Below are positions 19,184 through 29,331 of a stretch of DNA of 64,000 bases, in pieces. The notes below the pieces were generated by a model that searched no databases, was not told the origin of the DNA, and worked only from the letters and a program-made list of their open reading frames with translations. The position numbers and the translations under genes were made by a program. This DNA is from Candidatus Binatia bacterium (GTDB lineage: Bacteria > Desulfobacterota > Binatia > Bin18). The stretch is taken from contig CAXXHG010000018.1 in the NCBI GenBank assembly GCA_963666315.2, positions 1 to 64,000 of the forward strand, in the 5' to 3' direction. Position 1 is the stretch's first letter. Each line of letters starts with the position of its first letter.

Positions 19184-20203
19184 ATGACACAACCACTCCC
19201 CGAGCGGCCGCTTCAGCCGTTTGTTTCACCGCCCATTCCGTCTTCCCCGGCCGTACCAAAACGGAAAATCCCGCTCATTCATATTGTCCTTTTTGGGGCC
19301 ACGCTCTTGACCACCGCTATGGCCGGTACTTTTCAGCAAGGGGTTAATCCCTTCACCGATCCGTCTTCTCTCCTGTTGGGCTTTCCTTTTGCGGCCACGT
19401 TGATGCTCATTCTGCTGTTTCATGAGATGGGGCATTACCTGATGGCTCGGGTCCACGGAGTCCGGGCGAGCCTGCCGTATTTTATTCCCGGACCGCCGTT
19501 CTTTGTCGGTACGTTTGGGGCATTCATTCGGATGAAATCGCCACCGAGAAACCGACGCGCGCTTTTCGACGTAGGCGCGGCAGGGCCCTGGGCGGGCATC
19601 CTGCTCGCCATTCCAGCCGTTATCATCGGCCTGGCGCTGTCCGAGGTCCGGCCGCTCGATCCCTTTGCCGGCGGGATTATTTTAGGCGCCTCCTTCTTGT
19701 TCTCGGCGCTGACTTCTCTCGTGCTCGGCGTTTCTGCACACGATGTCAGTGTCATCCTCCACCCTATCGCCCTGGCTGGTTGGTTCGGCTTATTCGTGAC
19801 CTTTCTCAATCTGCTGCCCGTTGGCCAGCTTGACGGGGGGCATGTGGTCTACTCGCTGTTTGGTTCGGCGCATCGTTGGATTGCACGCACCTTTCTGGTC
19901 GTCATTCTTGCGCTCGGGTTCCAAGGCTGGCTGGGTTGGTTTGTGTGGGTCGTACTCTTAGCGCTGCTCGGCATAGACCATCCACCCACGCTCGATCGCC
20001 TCTCCCCGCTTGATCGCAATCGTACCATCTATGGCTGGTGTACGATCGGACTCTTTCTCCTGACCTTTATTCCAGTCCCGATCACGATGTCGGAAGGGGC
20101 CGCGTTTCCTGAAGGAAAGCTTACACCAGTCGTGTACCAGGCCACACCAGCTTCGCCCAAATCCGCTCCGATCTCGGCGTGGACTTTTGTGTATCAGCCA
20201 TGA
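19184..20203 (+). CDS. Site-2 protease (M50)
   Basis: HEMGH and NLLPVGQLDGGH, multiple TMs. Confidence 0.93.
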   Translation: MTQPLPERPLQPFVSPPIPSSPAVPKRKIPLIHIVLFGATLLTTAMAGTFQQGVNPFTDPSSLLLGFPFAATLMLILLFHEMGHYLMARVHGVRASLPYFIPGPPFFVGTFGAFIRMKSPPRNRRALFDVGAAGPWAGILLAIPAVIIGLALSEVRPLDPFAGGIILGASFLFSALTSLVLGVSAHDVSVILHPIALAGWFGLFVTFLNLLPVGQLDGGHVVYSLFGSAHRWIARTFLVVILALGFQGWLGWFVWVVLLALLGIDHPPTLDRLSPLDRNRTIYGWCTIGLFLLTFIPVPITMSEGAAFPEGKLTPVVYQATPASPKSAPISAWTFVYQP

Positions 20204-20667
20204 CACAGCGGCTGAGCTGGGATCAATACTTTCTGACGATTACACGCCAGGTTGCCGAGCGCTCGACCTGTGCGCGGGCCAAAGTCGGCGCCGTTATCGT
20301 GCGCGAGCGCAACATCCTGACAACGGGCTATAACGGTGCCCCAGCCGGCCTACCGCATTGTACCGAAGTCGGCTGTCTGGTCTATGAATCAAAAACTCCG
20401 ACAGGGGAGATAGAAGAAAACTGCTATCGGACCATCCACGCCGAAATTAACGCCATTGCCCAGGCCGCAAAAAATGGCACGAATATCAGTGGGGCGGATA
20501 TTTATGTCACTCATACACCATGCATACACTGCCTGAAAGTCCTGATTAATACCGGCATCCGGCGCATTTTTTACGAGAAGGCGTATAAACTTCATACCCT
20601 GCGCGAGCTTCTGGCCGCGTCTCAGGTCGAGCTGCAACAGATTGAGTTTTCAGAGCCTCAGGCCTGA
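20200..20667 (+). CDS. dCMP deaminase (ComEB-like)
   Basis: RSTC, TGYNG, HAEINA, PCIHC. Confidence 0.93.
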   Translation: MTQRLSWDQYFLTITRQVAERSTCARAKVGAVIVRERNILTTGYNGAPAGLPHCTEVGCLVYESKTPTGEIEENCYRTIHAEINAIAQAAKNGTNISGADIYVTHTPCIHCLKVLINTGIRRIFYEKAYKLHTLRELLAASQVELQQIEFSEPQA

Positions 20668-20671
20668 ATGC

Positions 20672-20833
20672 TTACTGCGGGGAGGTTGGCTGTGCGGATT
20701 CTGCTTGAACCGCGGGTTTTGCAGACGAGCCCTCGTAGGCGTCAAACTGATGTCTAGCCGTGAGTAATAAAACGGCCAGCACAAGCACGGTGATCAAAAT
20801 ATCAAAGGCGCTTAACCCGGATACACTCTTCAT
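20672..20833 (-). CDS. Small protein with a prepilin-like N-terminus
   Basis: MKSVSG|LSAFDILITVLVLAVLLL: short basic leader, Gly, acidic residue at +5, hydrophobic helix. Confidence 0.55.
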   Translation of the reverse strand: MKSVSGLSAFDILITVLVLAVLLLTARHQFDAYEGSSAKPAVQAESAQPTSPQ

Positions 20834-20889
20834 CACTGTTCTTACTCCATACACACTGGCCAGGTCACAATGGGCTAGGCCGCAACTGG

Positions 20890-21948
20890 CTAAGTATAAA
20901 TCGGTGCTTCGCCGTCCAGACGGCGCTTCCAGCGTTTATGAATCCACAGCCAATGGTCAGGATATAGTTCCACCATGTGCTGAAATACGGCTGTGAATTT
21001 TGCGGTGGTTGCGCGCAGGTCCTCCTCTTGGTTACCAGTCCGGACCGGTTCGATCAACGATAAGATGACGATCTTATGTTTCCATGACCCCTGCTCACGG
21101 ATGAGAAAAACCGGCACGACCGGCACACCGGTCGTCAAAGCCAACCCAGCTAAGCCAGACGAGGTTGAGGCCAGGCGCGAAAAAAACGGCACAAAGACGC
21201 CCATCCGGCCTGAGGCATTTTGGTCTACGGCCACAACAACAATGCTCTTCTTCTTAATTGCACGCAGGACTTGAAGGCCGGCAGTCGTTTTCTTAATCAC
21301 CTTCGTGCCACAGCGCTCCCGCTCCTGAGTAATCGCCTCTTCGATGAAAACGTTGTGTAAACGACGATGAATAATATGCAGGGGGAGGCCATAACACGCA
21401 GAGGCATGGGCGAGCAGTTCCCAGTTGCCAAAGTGGCCGGTCAGAATAAGCGCGCCGCTGCCACCCAGTTGGTCAACCAGCTGTTGCCATTCGGCCTCAT
21501 TTTCAAACTCCACCCGGTCTCGAATATTCTCTGAAGTCAGGCCACGCAGATGACAGAACTCGGCCAGTAAACGGCCAAGATTCAGGAAGCTCCCGTACAG
21601 TATGCGGAGATGCTCCGCTTTGCTTTTGTCAGGAAAAGCGATCGCAAGATTCATCAGCCCAACCTTACGATGCGGCCGATCTAGATAATACAGCAGCCGG
21701 CCTATACCCTCGCCAACCCGAAAAGCCAGACGAAACGGCAGCAGGCGAAAAAAGGTGAAAATACCCAAAAACAGCACGTACTCGATACGCGCCAAGGTAT
21801 GCTTCTTCTCGCGTGCGGGACGAATAATTTTTTTGCGGCGACGCCGTGGGCGGGTTGTGGCGACTGGTTCAGGCCGGGAGTCCACGGCCGGTATGGTATG
21901 CGCTGCTGCCGTTGCGCCAACAGATCCTTCCGCCATGGTCACGAGCAA
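20890..21948 (-). CDS. Lipid A late acyltransferase (LpxL/HtrB family)
   Basis: GHFGNWE, DQ..G.FVPFF, YPDHWLWIHKRWK. Confidence 0.92.
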   Translation of the reverse strand: MLVTMAEGSVGATAAAHTIPAVDSRPEPVATTRPRRRRKKIIRPAREKKHTLARIEYVLFLGIFTFFRLLPFRLAFRVGEGIGRLLYYLDRPHRKVGLMNLAIAFPDKSKAEHLRILYGSFLNLGRLLAEFCHLRGLTSENIRDRVEFENEAEWQQLVDQLGGSGALILTGHFGNWELLAHASACYGLPLHIIHRRLHNVFIEEAITQERERCGTKVIKKTTAGLQVLRAIKKKSIVVVAVDQNASGRMGVFVPFFSRLASTSSGLAGLALTTGVPVVPVFLIREQGSWKHKIVILSLIEPVRTGNQEEDLRATTAKFTAVFQHMVELYPDHWLWIHKRWKRRLDGEAPIYT

Positions 21949-21957
21949 CGAGGGGAG

Positions 21958-22533
21958 TTAGGCACGGGCATCGGACGCGTCAGAAAAAGAAAAGCCAAAC
22001 GCTTCCCGTTCTTTTGCAATGAGATCGGCCACAACTTGACGGTCAATTTCCCGGTAGCGCCGCAGGGTTTCTCGCATTTTCCCTTCACCGCCATTCGCTC
22101 TGGCCAGCGCTTTCAGCTCGCCTGTGATCCAGCCGACATGCCATTTTTCGTCTTTGGTGACTTCGTTCAGGATCGCTAGCGTTTCAGCGTCTACATCACT
22201 GCGGCGCGAGTGTTCAAGATACCGGCGCTGGGCACGCTCTTCCACCACAACAGTTAAAGCATAGAGATCAACCAGCGAGCGTGGAATGCCGACGGCCTTA
22301 CCAATGCGCGTCTGGTAGCCATCTGCTATACGGACCGGTTCATGGCCCAGATCGGTAATCCGTTTCGTCCACAACCAGACGTGGCGCGTTTCATCGACCA
22401 GATGCCGGGAGAGTTTGACCTGTGATTCCGCATCTTCCACTCGCATAGTCAGCATGAGGATTAATGTCGCGCCCCGTAGCTCGGCATCACGGTAATAGCT
22501 ATACAAATGAATCAACCGAGGATCTACTGACAT
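21958..22533 (-). CDS. Ferritin-like di-iron protein
   Basis: E..DETRH..E..DEKWH (two ExxH motifs). Confidence 0.8.
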   Translation of the reverse strand: MSVDPRLIHLYSYYRDAELRGATLILMLTMRVEDAESQVKLSRHLVDETRHVWLWTKRITDLGHEPVRIADGYQTRIGKAVGIPRSLVDLYALTVVVEERAQRRYLEHSRRSDVDAETLAILNEVTKDEKWHVGWITGELKALARANGGEGKMRETLRRYREIDRQVVADLIAKEREAFGFSFSDASDARA

Positions 22534-22696
22534 GTGTATTCACCCTCCGCAAAAAAGCCTGCTCGCACTTCCCAATAAGAAGCGACCCCTATCATCACGG
22601 CTGTTGTTCGATATAGAACAACGGCTCCAGAAAAGCAATGCCCGCTTAGCTGCTCTAAGCATCGACAAATGCTTCATTTTTTATACGAGAAGGACA

Positions 22697-23734
22697 ATGA
22701 GGAGGCATGCACAGTCTACGCGCGTCGCCCGTTTTGACATCTTTTCGACCAGACGGCCGTGGTGGCTGTTCCTGTGCCTGCTTGGAAGCGCACCGGGATG
22801 TCTGAACGAGTCCGCTCCGCCTTTAATCGGCACTCCCAGCGGACCGTACCAGATTGCTTTGGATCTGAACCCCTCCGAGCCGCTGGCCGGCCAAGAAACG
22901 AGGTTGTTTTTTCAGATCACTCATACCAAGACCCAGCAGCCGGTTTCTGATTTACAAATTCTGCATCAACGTGCCCTTCACACCTTTATCGTAAGCCGGG
23001 ATTTGTCAACCTTCGCCCACACCCATCACGAAGACTTCGCCTCCTTGACCAGCCTCGATCTTCGGGCAGCCAGTTTTCATTTTCCGTACACTTTTCCAAA
23101 AGCCGGACAGTATTTTATTGTCAATGAATTCACCCACAAAGATAGAAGCTGGATTAAGCGCTTTACCCTCACCGTTACAGGAGAAGCTGAACCACAGCCT
23201 GCCGCACCAGACTTTCGGCAAGAGCAGCAGTTTGACTCGTATCGCGTTTCTCTGCAGACCTCGCCCTCCCCGCCAGTCGCGGGATATGAGGTGGAACTCG
23301 TCTGCCATCTCGCCACACAAGACGGCGTCGCAGTGACGAACCTCGGCCTCTATCTCGGAACTGAAGTCCATATGGCGACCTGGCGCTTAGACGGTCAACA
23401 CTTCGGACATCAGCATACCTACACCTCGGACATGGCCGCCTTGATGCAGGGCATGCGCGGCCACAGGATGTCACCTAACGAGATGGCACGCCGTATGGTC
23501 CAACTCATGCGGCGGCCCGCCAAGCAAGAATACTTTGGTCCAGACGTTCCCCTGCATCACATTTTCCCCGCTCCTGGAGTGTATAAAGTATTCCTGGAGT
23601 TTGCTCCAAATGGAGAGTATCTGGCGGTCGATTTTCTGATTGAGGTCGCTGAATATGCAGACCCGACTGACACGGTCATTCATTCGATTGTACCGTCGAT
23701 TTTAGCGTCACATAATAGTGAGACGACTTCATGA
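22697..23734 (+). CDS. Secreted/lipoprotein heavy-metal-binding protein with two tandem His-rich domains
   Basis: Lipobox-like LLGSAPGC; LHTFIVSRDLSTFAHTHH...FPKAGQY and VHM..QHFGHQH...FPAPGVYKVFLEF; Met-rich insert. Confidence 0.7.
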   Translation: MRRHAQSTRVARFDIFSTRRPWWLFLCLLGSAPGCLNESAPPLIGTPSGPYQIALDLNPSEPLAGQETRLFFQITHTKTQQPVSDLQILHQRALHTFIVSRDLSTFAHTHHEDFASLTSLDLRAASFHFPYTFPKAGQYFIVNEFTHKDRSWIKRFTLTVTGEAEPQPAAPDFRQEQQFDSYRVSLQTSPSPPVAGYEVELVCHLATQDGVAVTNLGLYLGTEVHMATWRLDGQHFGHQHTYTSDMAALMQGMRGHRMSPNEMARRMVQLMRRPAKQEYFGPDVPLHHIFPAPGVYKVFLEFAPNGEYLAVDFLIEVAEYADPTDTVIHSIVPSILASHNSETTS

Positions 23735-24381
23735 AACAGCCTCAGACGAGAAGCAGCCTTATCGGCCTGCTAGTTGTACTTGCTGCGTATCCAGCCTTTG
23801 CCGGCCATGGCTTCATGAGCGCCTTTGGCAACGTTGAGTGGCTGCCCGAACCGGGTCGTACTCCGGACAGCGCCTGGTACCAACTCGATACCTGGCATGA
23901 AGAAGGACAGCTCTGGCTGGCTGCAACGCCGCAGGAGAAGTTCCAGCTCGCGCTCGCTTTTGCCGGAGAGAAATTGGCCGAAGCCGAAGCCATGTTCACC
24001 ACTCAAAATACCGCTGCGGCACAGATCGCTACGGATCAATATTGGTATTATATTGACCGGGCAGAACAGGCGATCGCGACACTACCCGGTGAACAGGAGG
24101 AAAGAGGCCAAGGCAGCGTTGAGTTAGTCGAACGCCTGGCAACAGCGTTACTCGAACACCAATATATTCTCACCATCATCTATACAGAGCTGACCGATCT
24201 GACCGAGCTGCCGCCTGAGTCTCGCAGCATTCTCCGCGAGGTATTCACAACCGCTCAAAAACGTTATGTAACGATTGCTGACCGGCTGCCACGGAAGACA
24301 CGAGGGGCACTGTTTTTCAAAGAGGAAGAGGTGCGTTGGTCTATTGCAATGGCGATTCGGACGGATGAAGAAAGGAACTAG
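23731..24381 (+). CDS. DUF5667-like secreted helical protein
   Basis: Signal peptide; PGRTPDSAWYQLD..E..L..A.EKLAEAEAM pattern. Confidence 0.65.
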   Translation: MKQPQTRSSLIGLLVVLAAYPAFAGHGFMSAFGNVEWLPEPGRTPDSAWYQLDTWHEEGQLWLAATPQEKFQLALAFAGEKLAEAEAMFTTQNTAAAQIATDQYWYYIDRAEQAIATLPGEQEERGQGSVELVERLATALLEHQYILTIIYTELTDLTELPPESRSILREVFTTAQKRYVTIADRLPRKTRGALFFKEEEVRWSIAMAIRTDEERN

Positions 24382-24389
24382 GCCAACCC

Positions 24390-24725
24390 ATGCCCCAAAA
24401 AGACAAAGACATATTCCCCCTCTCAGCCGAAGAAATCGACGCCGCCTATCCCTTTCCCGAGCCAATTGTTGTGCCTATTGAGGATGTCATTGACCTGCAC
24501 CCCTTTGCCCCGAAAGAGATCCGCAGTGTTGTTGAGGAATACTTACTCGAATGCTGTAAAGCCGGATTCACTCAAGTCCGACTCATTCACGGCAAGGGCA
24601 AAGGCGTGCAACGCGAGAGCATCCGCTCCCTACTGAAACGTCTGCCTTTTGTACGTGACTTTCACGACGCGCCACTGGAAGCCGGCAGCTGGGGCGCAAC
24701 TATTGTCAGCCTTGCAATCCCATAA
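24390..24725 (+). CDS. Smr/MutS2 C-terminal domain protein
   Basis: IDLH, VRLIHGKGKG, GSWGATIV. Confidence 0.92.
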   Translation: MPQKDKDIFPLSAEEIDAAYPFPEPIVVPIEDVIDLHPFAPKEIRSVVEEYLLECCKAGFTQVRLIHGKGKGVQRESIRSLLKRLPFVRDFHDAPLEAGSWGATIVSLAIP

Positions 24726-24821
24726 GATGGCTCATCTTGAATCCTGTTCTTTGTATACAGCTTTCTCTTGCACTCTGTACTAACAAAAGGTTAAATAGGG
24801 AAAGAAAAAGGAGAGGTTGTT

Positions 24822-25562
24822 ATGCCAACAGTCGATACATTTCTGACTGATTTGCGCGGCTACATCCAACACGAGGACACAAAGCCCCTGCTTGGTCCGA
24901 GTTTTTATCAGGGCCTGATAGCCGGGGAGCTATCCCGTGGGCAGATCAAAAAATGGGCACTCAATCTGTATTATGTCACCGGTCAGCATATCCGGGCATT
25001 TGGCGGTATCTTCATGAATACGGGTCTGGGACCGTTAGACCGAAAAATTCGGCGCCATATTGTCGAGAACTTGATCGATGAAGAAACGATCATGGGTCGG
25101 GGAGACGACGCCCACTGGATGCTGTCCATGCGTCTGGCCAAAGCGCTGGGTGCAACACAACAAGAGGTGTTGCATCCGGTTGTTGCCCAGGAGTCGGTCG
25201 AGTATGTCGACTGGGTGATTGATCTTGGCAGGAGAGAGTATGGCCTCGTCACCCTCGCCGCCATGTCGATTGGTGGAGAGACTCGGAGCGATAGTTCTAT
25301 GGAGGGCTTGGTTCGCTCCCTTAAGGAAAAATATGGACTGAGTCGGGCAGATCTTGAATTCTTCTATGCCCACATCGGTGAGGCAGAGGCTCACGGCGAA
25401 CCTGTTTTCGATATGGTCCGTGAGTACGCCACAACAGAGGAACGGCAGCAGAAAATTCGAAACAATGTACAAACCTGGTGTGATAAATTTCAGGCGGCCC
25501 AAGAAGGCGGCTATCGCGTCGCTATGGGCATGGATGCCGGCGTTCAAATTGACCTGGGATAA
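24822..25562 (+). CDS. Heme-oxygenase-like di-iron enzyme (PqqC/CADD/TenA superfamily)
   Basis: ENLIDEE..AHW..E..FFYAHIGEAEAH ligand pattern; strong RBS. Confidence 0.8.
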   Translation: MPTVDTFLTDLRGYIQHEDTKPLLGPSFYQGLIAGELSRGQIKKWALNLYYVTGQHIRAFGGIFMNTGLGPLDRKIRRHIVENLIDEETIMGRGDDAHWMLSMRLAKALGATQQEVLHPVVAQESVEYVDWVIDLGRREYGLVTLAAMSIGGETRSDSSMEGLVRSLKEKYGLSRADLEFFYAHIGEAEAHGEPVFDMVREYATTEERQQKIRNNVQTWCDKFQAAQEGGYRVAMGMDAGVQIDLG

Positions 25563-25570
25563 CAGTCATC

Positions 25571-25736
25571 CCCTTCGGCAATGCTCAGGGCAGGCTTCGA
25601 CCGGCCGGTCTTGAGCAGGGTCGAAAGGCTCAGGCCACGTCCTGTATCAGGACGACGAGTATCCGGGCAACTTGCCGGGGCAGGTGCTGCGTAGGATCGA
25701 CAAAAAACAAAGGGGCGGTTCGTGAACCGCCCCTAC
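25571..25736. repeat. Two REP-like elements (CCCTTCG..GCTCAGG type; GGGGCGGTTCGTGAACCGCCCCTAC type)
   Basis: Related copies at 42140-42212 and 30587-30614; located between convergent genes. Confidence 0.75.
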
Positions 25737-25760
25737 GCTGTCCCTGTCTGCTTCTTTTTT

Positions 25761-26069
25761 CTAGCCATCTACCATGACATGCTCTTCAGTCAGTAAGATC
25801 ACAATCTCTTGTGATCCGCTTGTCGCACTGTTTCTAGCTGTCTGGCCTTTGGACGTGCCAAAAACTGCGTCCATATCTTCTTTGTTCTCAAACCAGACCT
25901 CGGCAGCGCCATCATAGCGCTGATCATCTGTGGTAGACAGATTAATACAGTAACGTTTGAGGCCGCGCCATTTTTTCACCTTAGGCGCGTGCTCTTCTAT
26001 CCACCAGCGGCGAAAATCCTCAATATGCATGCCTTCAGGCCGTTTCAAAATCCCAATCACTTTATACAT
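25761..26069 (-). CDS. EthD-family dimeric alpha/beta barrel protein
   Basis: LKRPEGM..EDFRRWW.EEHAP..YDGAAEVWF. Confidence 0.88.
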   Translation of the reverse strand: MYKVIGILKRPEGMHIEDFRRWWIEEHAPKVKKWRGLKRYCINLSTTDDQRYDGAAEVWFENKEDMDAVFGTSKGQTARNSATSGSQEIVILLTEEHVMVDG

Positions 26070-26159
26070 ATCCCCTCCTATTTCCGAATCGATAAAGAGG
26101 CCGCTTTTCGAGCCGAAAGGCAGCCGCCGAATATCAAGGTTGACCGAACACCGCGAGGT

Positions 26160-27157
26160 TCAGTGACCTCGCCAGCATTCCACCCGATCTCGGCCATTCC
26201 CTTTTGCCGTATACAGGGCTGCATCCGCTTGTTCAAGCAGTTCGGAATACCCTTGGCAACATCCAGGCGGAAGGGAGACAAGACCGATACTGATAGTGAC
26301 CTGGAAAGGCTCGGTAAGGGAGGAAAAAGAGAGAGCGCGCACTGCGGCACATAGACGATCCGCAACAACTTGGGCCTCATCTGGACCGGTTTCCGGCAGG
26401 AGAATCGCAAACTCTTCTCCTCCGTAGCGCGCGACCGTGTCGTTTGTTCGGCAGATATCGAGCAGGGTTTGGGCCACGCGTTTCAGGACATCATCACCTT
26501 GAGCATGACCATACCTATCATTCACCCGTTTGAAATGGTCTATATCTCCGAACAGGACCGCCAGCGGATGTAAATAGCGCGCTGCCCGCGTGCATTCTTC
26601 CTCTGCCCGCTCCTCAAAGGAACGCCGATTGTGTAGCCCGGTCAACCCATCCTCCCGCGCTATCTGCTCCAACATGGTCTGCTGCACTTTGAGCGTCTTT
26701 TGGGCCCGGACGATGCGCTCCCCGACACCGACCCGCGCTCTGAGTTCGGCCAGACTAAACGGCTTGGTCAGATAGTCCGCTGCTCCCAATTCCAGTCCAA
26801 TGATCTTATCCTCAATCATATCTTTCGCTGAGGTAATGATAATATGCAGATCCTGAAACGCGGCATCCTTCTGTAAGATACGACACAGCTCAAAGCCATC
26901 CATCTCCGGCATCATGATGTCCAGCAGGACGATGTTAATCGAGTGGGCCAGAGCTGCGCTAAGGCCTCCTTGCCGGTGGTTGCGGTGTAAACCGTATGGC
27001 CCCTTCTCTGCACCAGCAGCGTCACCATTTCTCGAATATCCTGATCATCTTCAGTGACCAGGATGGCGAGTGCAGCATCTTTTCGAGCACACTCGGTGGG
27101 AGGCGGAGACCCTAGTTCGGGGGACAACGCCTGAGACATCAGAACTTTAGCGGCCAT
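26160..27157 (-). pseudogene. Response regulator-diguanylate cyclase (REC-GGEEF), frameshifted in REC
   Basis: ILVTEDD..KEALAQL, frameshift near 26945, then HSINIVLLDIMMPEMDG..DGLTGLHNRR..RYGGEEF. Confidence 0.85.
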
Positions 27158-27369
27158 AACTCTTCACCCATGCAGTTGGACGAGAGCGATTTTCATTTGG
27201 CTTTCCCGCGTGTGGGTTTACCAAGCCTCTTCGCCCTCACCCACAGTCGCTCTGCTCCTGTGGGTGAGGAAGGTTCCTTTGACAAGAAAGCTTTGCATGC
27301 TCAACCAATCGCTGCACGCCGTCGAACGGCTCGGGCCTGTTGCAGCGGAACGACCGGGTGCCGGCCCAT

Positions 27370-29085
27370 TTACCTGCCCGGCTGCAGCCAGGGAGTGATG
27401 TCAGCAGCCGGAAGCGGACGACTATAATAATAGCCCTGAGCGAGGTCACAGCCCAATTCCGCCAAGTAGTCCGCCGTCTCCTCGTTTTCAACACCCTTTG
27501 CGGTCACCGTCAGCCCGAGACTCTGCCCAAGGTTTATCGTCGCGCGAACGATAGCGGCATCTTGCGCATCGGTCGTAAGCCCCATCACAAAAGATTTATC
27601 GATCTTAATCTCATCAACCGGCAGCCGCTTCAACGCAGCAAAAGACGAATAACCGGTCCCAAAGTCATCAATCGCAATCCAACCCCCCATATCATGCAGA
27701 TGGAATAGAATATCCACGGCTCGGATGGGATCGGCAGCAAGCGCACTTGCTGTGACCTCTACCCCCAGCCAGTTCGGATTTCCGCCCGACGTTTTGAGGA
27801 GCTTTTTGATGACCTGCGGGAGTCTTTCATCCTGCAAATTATGCATGGAAAGATTCACCGCAATACGGCCGGTAAACCCTCTACGTTGCCAGACCTTGAT
27901 CTGGCGCAGGGCGGACTGCAAAACCCAGCGGCTGAAGGGGTGTATCAATCCGGTTTGTTCGGCTAAGGGGATAAATTGGTCCGGCGAGAGCAGCCCGCGT
28001 TCCGGATGCTCCCAACGCGTCAGCGCCTCGACTTCCCGCACCTGGCCATCAATCATCTGAATTTTCGGTTGGTAGTACAACGTCAGTTGATGCTGATCAA
28101 TTGCCTGGCGAAGCCCCGTCGCGAGCGTGAGGCGAGCCGGGCTGTACAAATCATACTCGTCAGCGTACACAGCAAAACCCAAGCCGGCGTGTTTCGCCTG
28201 ATACAGGGCAATATCGGCACACCTCAGAAGCGCGTCAACGTCCGCCCCGTGTTCCGGGGATAAGGCTATGCCTATGCTCGACCCAACACGTACGGGATGC
28301 CCCTCGATCGAAAATGGTTATTTTAATGCGTTCAGGATACGGCGGACAATACCGTCAGATTTCCGTAAAGCCCGCCGGACTCGGCTTCCTACCTGTCGTA
28401 GGAGTGCGTCTCCTCAGCGATGCCCGAAGGTGCCGTTGATTTCTCGAAATTGATCCAAATCCATGAGCAGCAGTGCCAGCGGCAGCCCCTTTTGGCGAGA
28501 AGACAGCATCGCCTGTTGGAGCATCTCTACAAAGAGGCTTCTGTTAGGCAAATGCAGGAGGGTGGCATATTCTTCTTGGTCCAGGCCTGTTGCCCCATGG
28601 GACTGCGCAGCCGACTGCGTATCCGGCCGCTGTTCGGCCGCTTCATGACAGCGCAAAACCACACTCATGGGTCCTGCTGCAGCACAGAAACCTGTCGCCG
28701 TTATCCCAAGCACACACCACTCGCCGTTGTGGTGACGCAGGCGACACCGGGCAAAGCCATTCTGGCCTGGCTGCGTCGCTGCTTCGGCAAGAATACTCTG
28801 TAGGGCTGCCGTGTCATCAGGATGGATGAAAGAGAGCAGGCTGTCTCCGGTCATATCTTCCGGCGTGTATCCAAGGACACGTTCACAGGCCGGGCTTTCG
28901 TAAAAGACCGTCCCATCCGCAGCCGTAATAAGAATCAGTCCGGCCGTATTGTCCAGAAAGAGCTGAAAATGCTTTGTTTGCGCGCGTTTCGCCCGTGCAG
29001 GAAGTACTCGTACGCTCACGCTGCCTCCGCTAACTGCGAGATCAACTGATAGTGCAGCGCAAATGCGATTGTTTTCGCTTTCCAC
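27370..29085 (-). pseudogene. PAS-GGDEF-EAL protein, inactivated
   Basis: One frame reads ..FGHR*GDALLRQVGSRVRRALRKSD|GIVRRILNALK*PFSIEG..; the GGDEF motif segment is deleted in-frame; EAL catalytic Glu residues are altered (EVTAS, TAKGVE). Confidence 0.88.
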
Positions 29086-29331
29086 AGGATCGGTTCTGCA
29101 TGCTGCTCCTTCGTGTCGGAGTCATGTTCACATTCCAGGCATCGGCAGTCTGTTGTGAACGTTTAACCCCAGCAGGGGAGAATCCTATTTATGAAACATA
29201 CGAATATGCCTGTCTTTATAGATATTTACCTCGTGCTTGGCTTCTTTTGTGGATACCCCATCTCCCTTTCTTTCAGCTTCGATTTCCGTTAGGGATGGAC
29301 AACGTCTCGTGACACACAGGGGAGGATCAGC

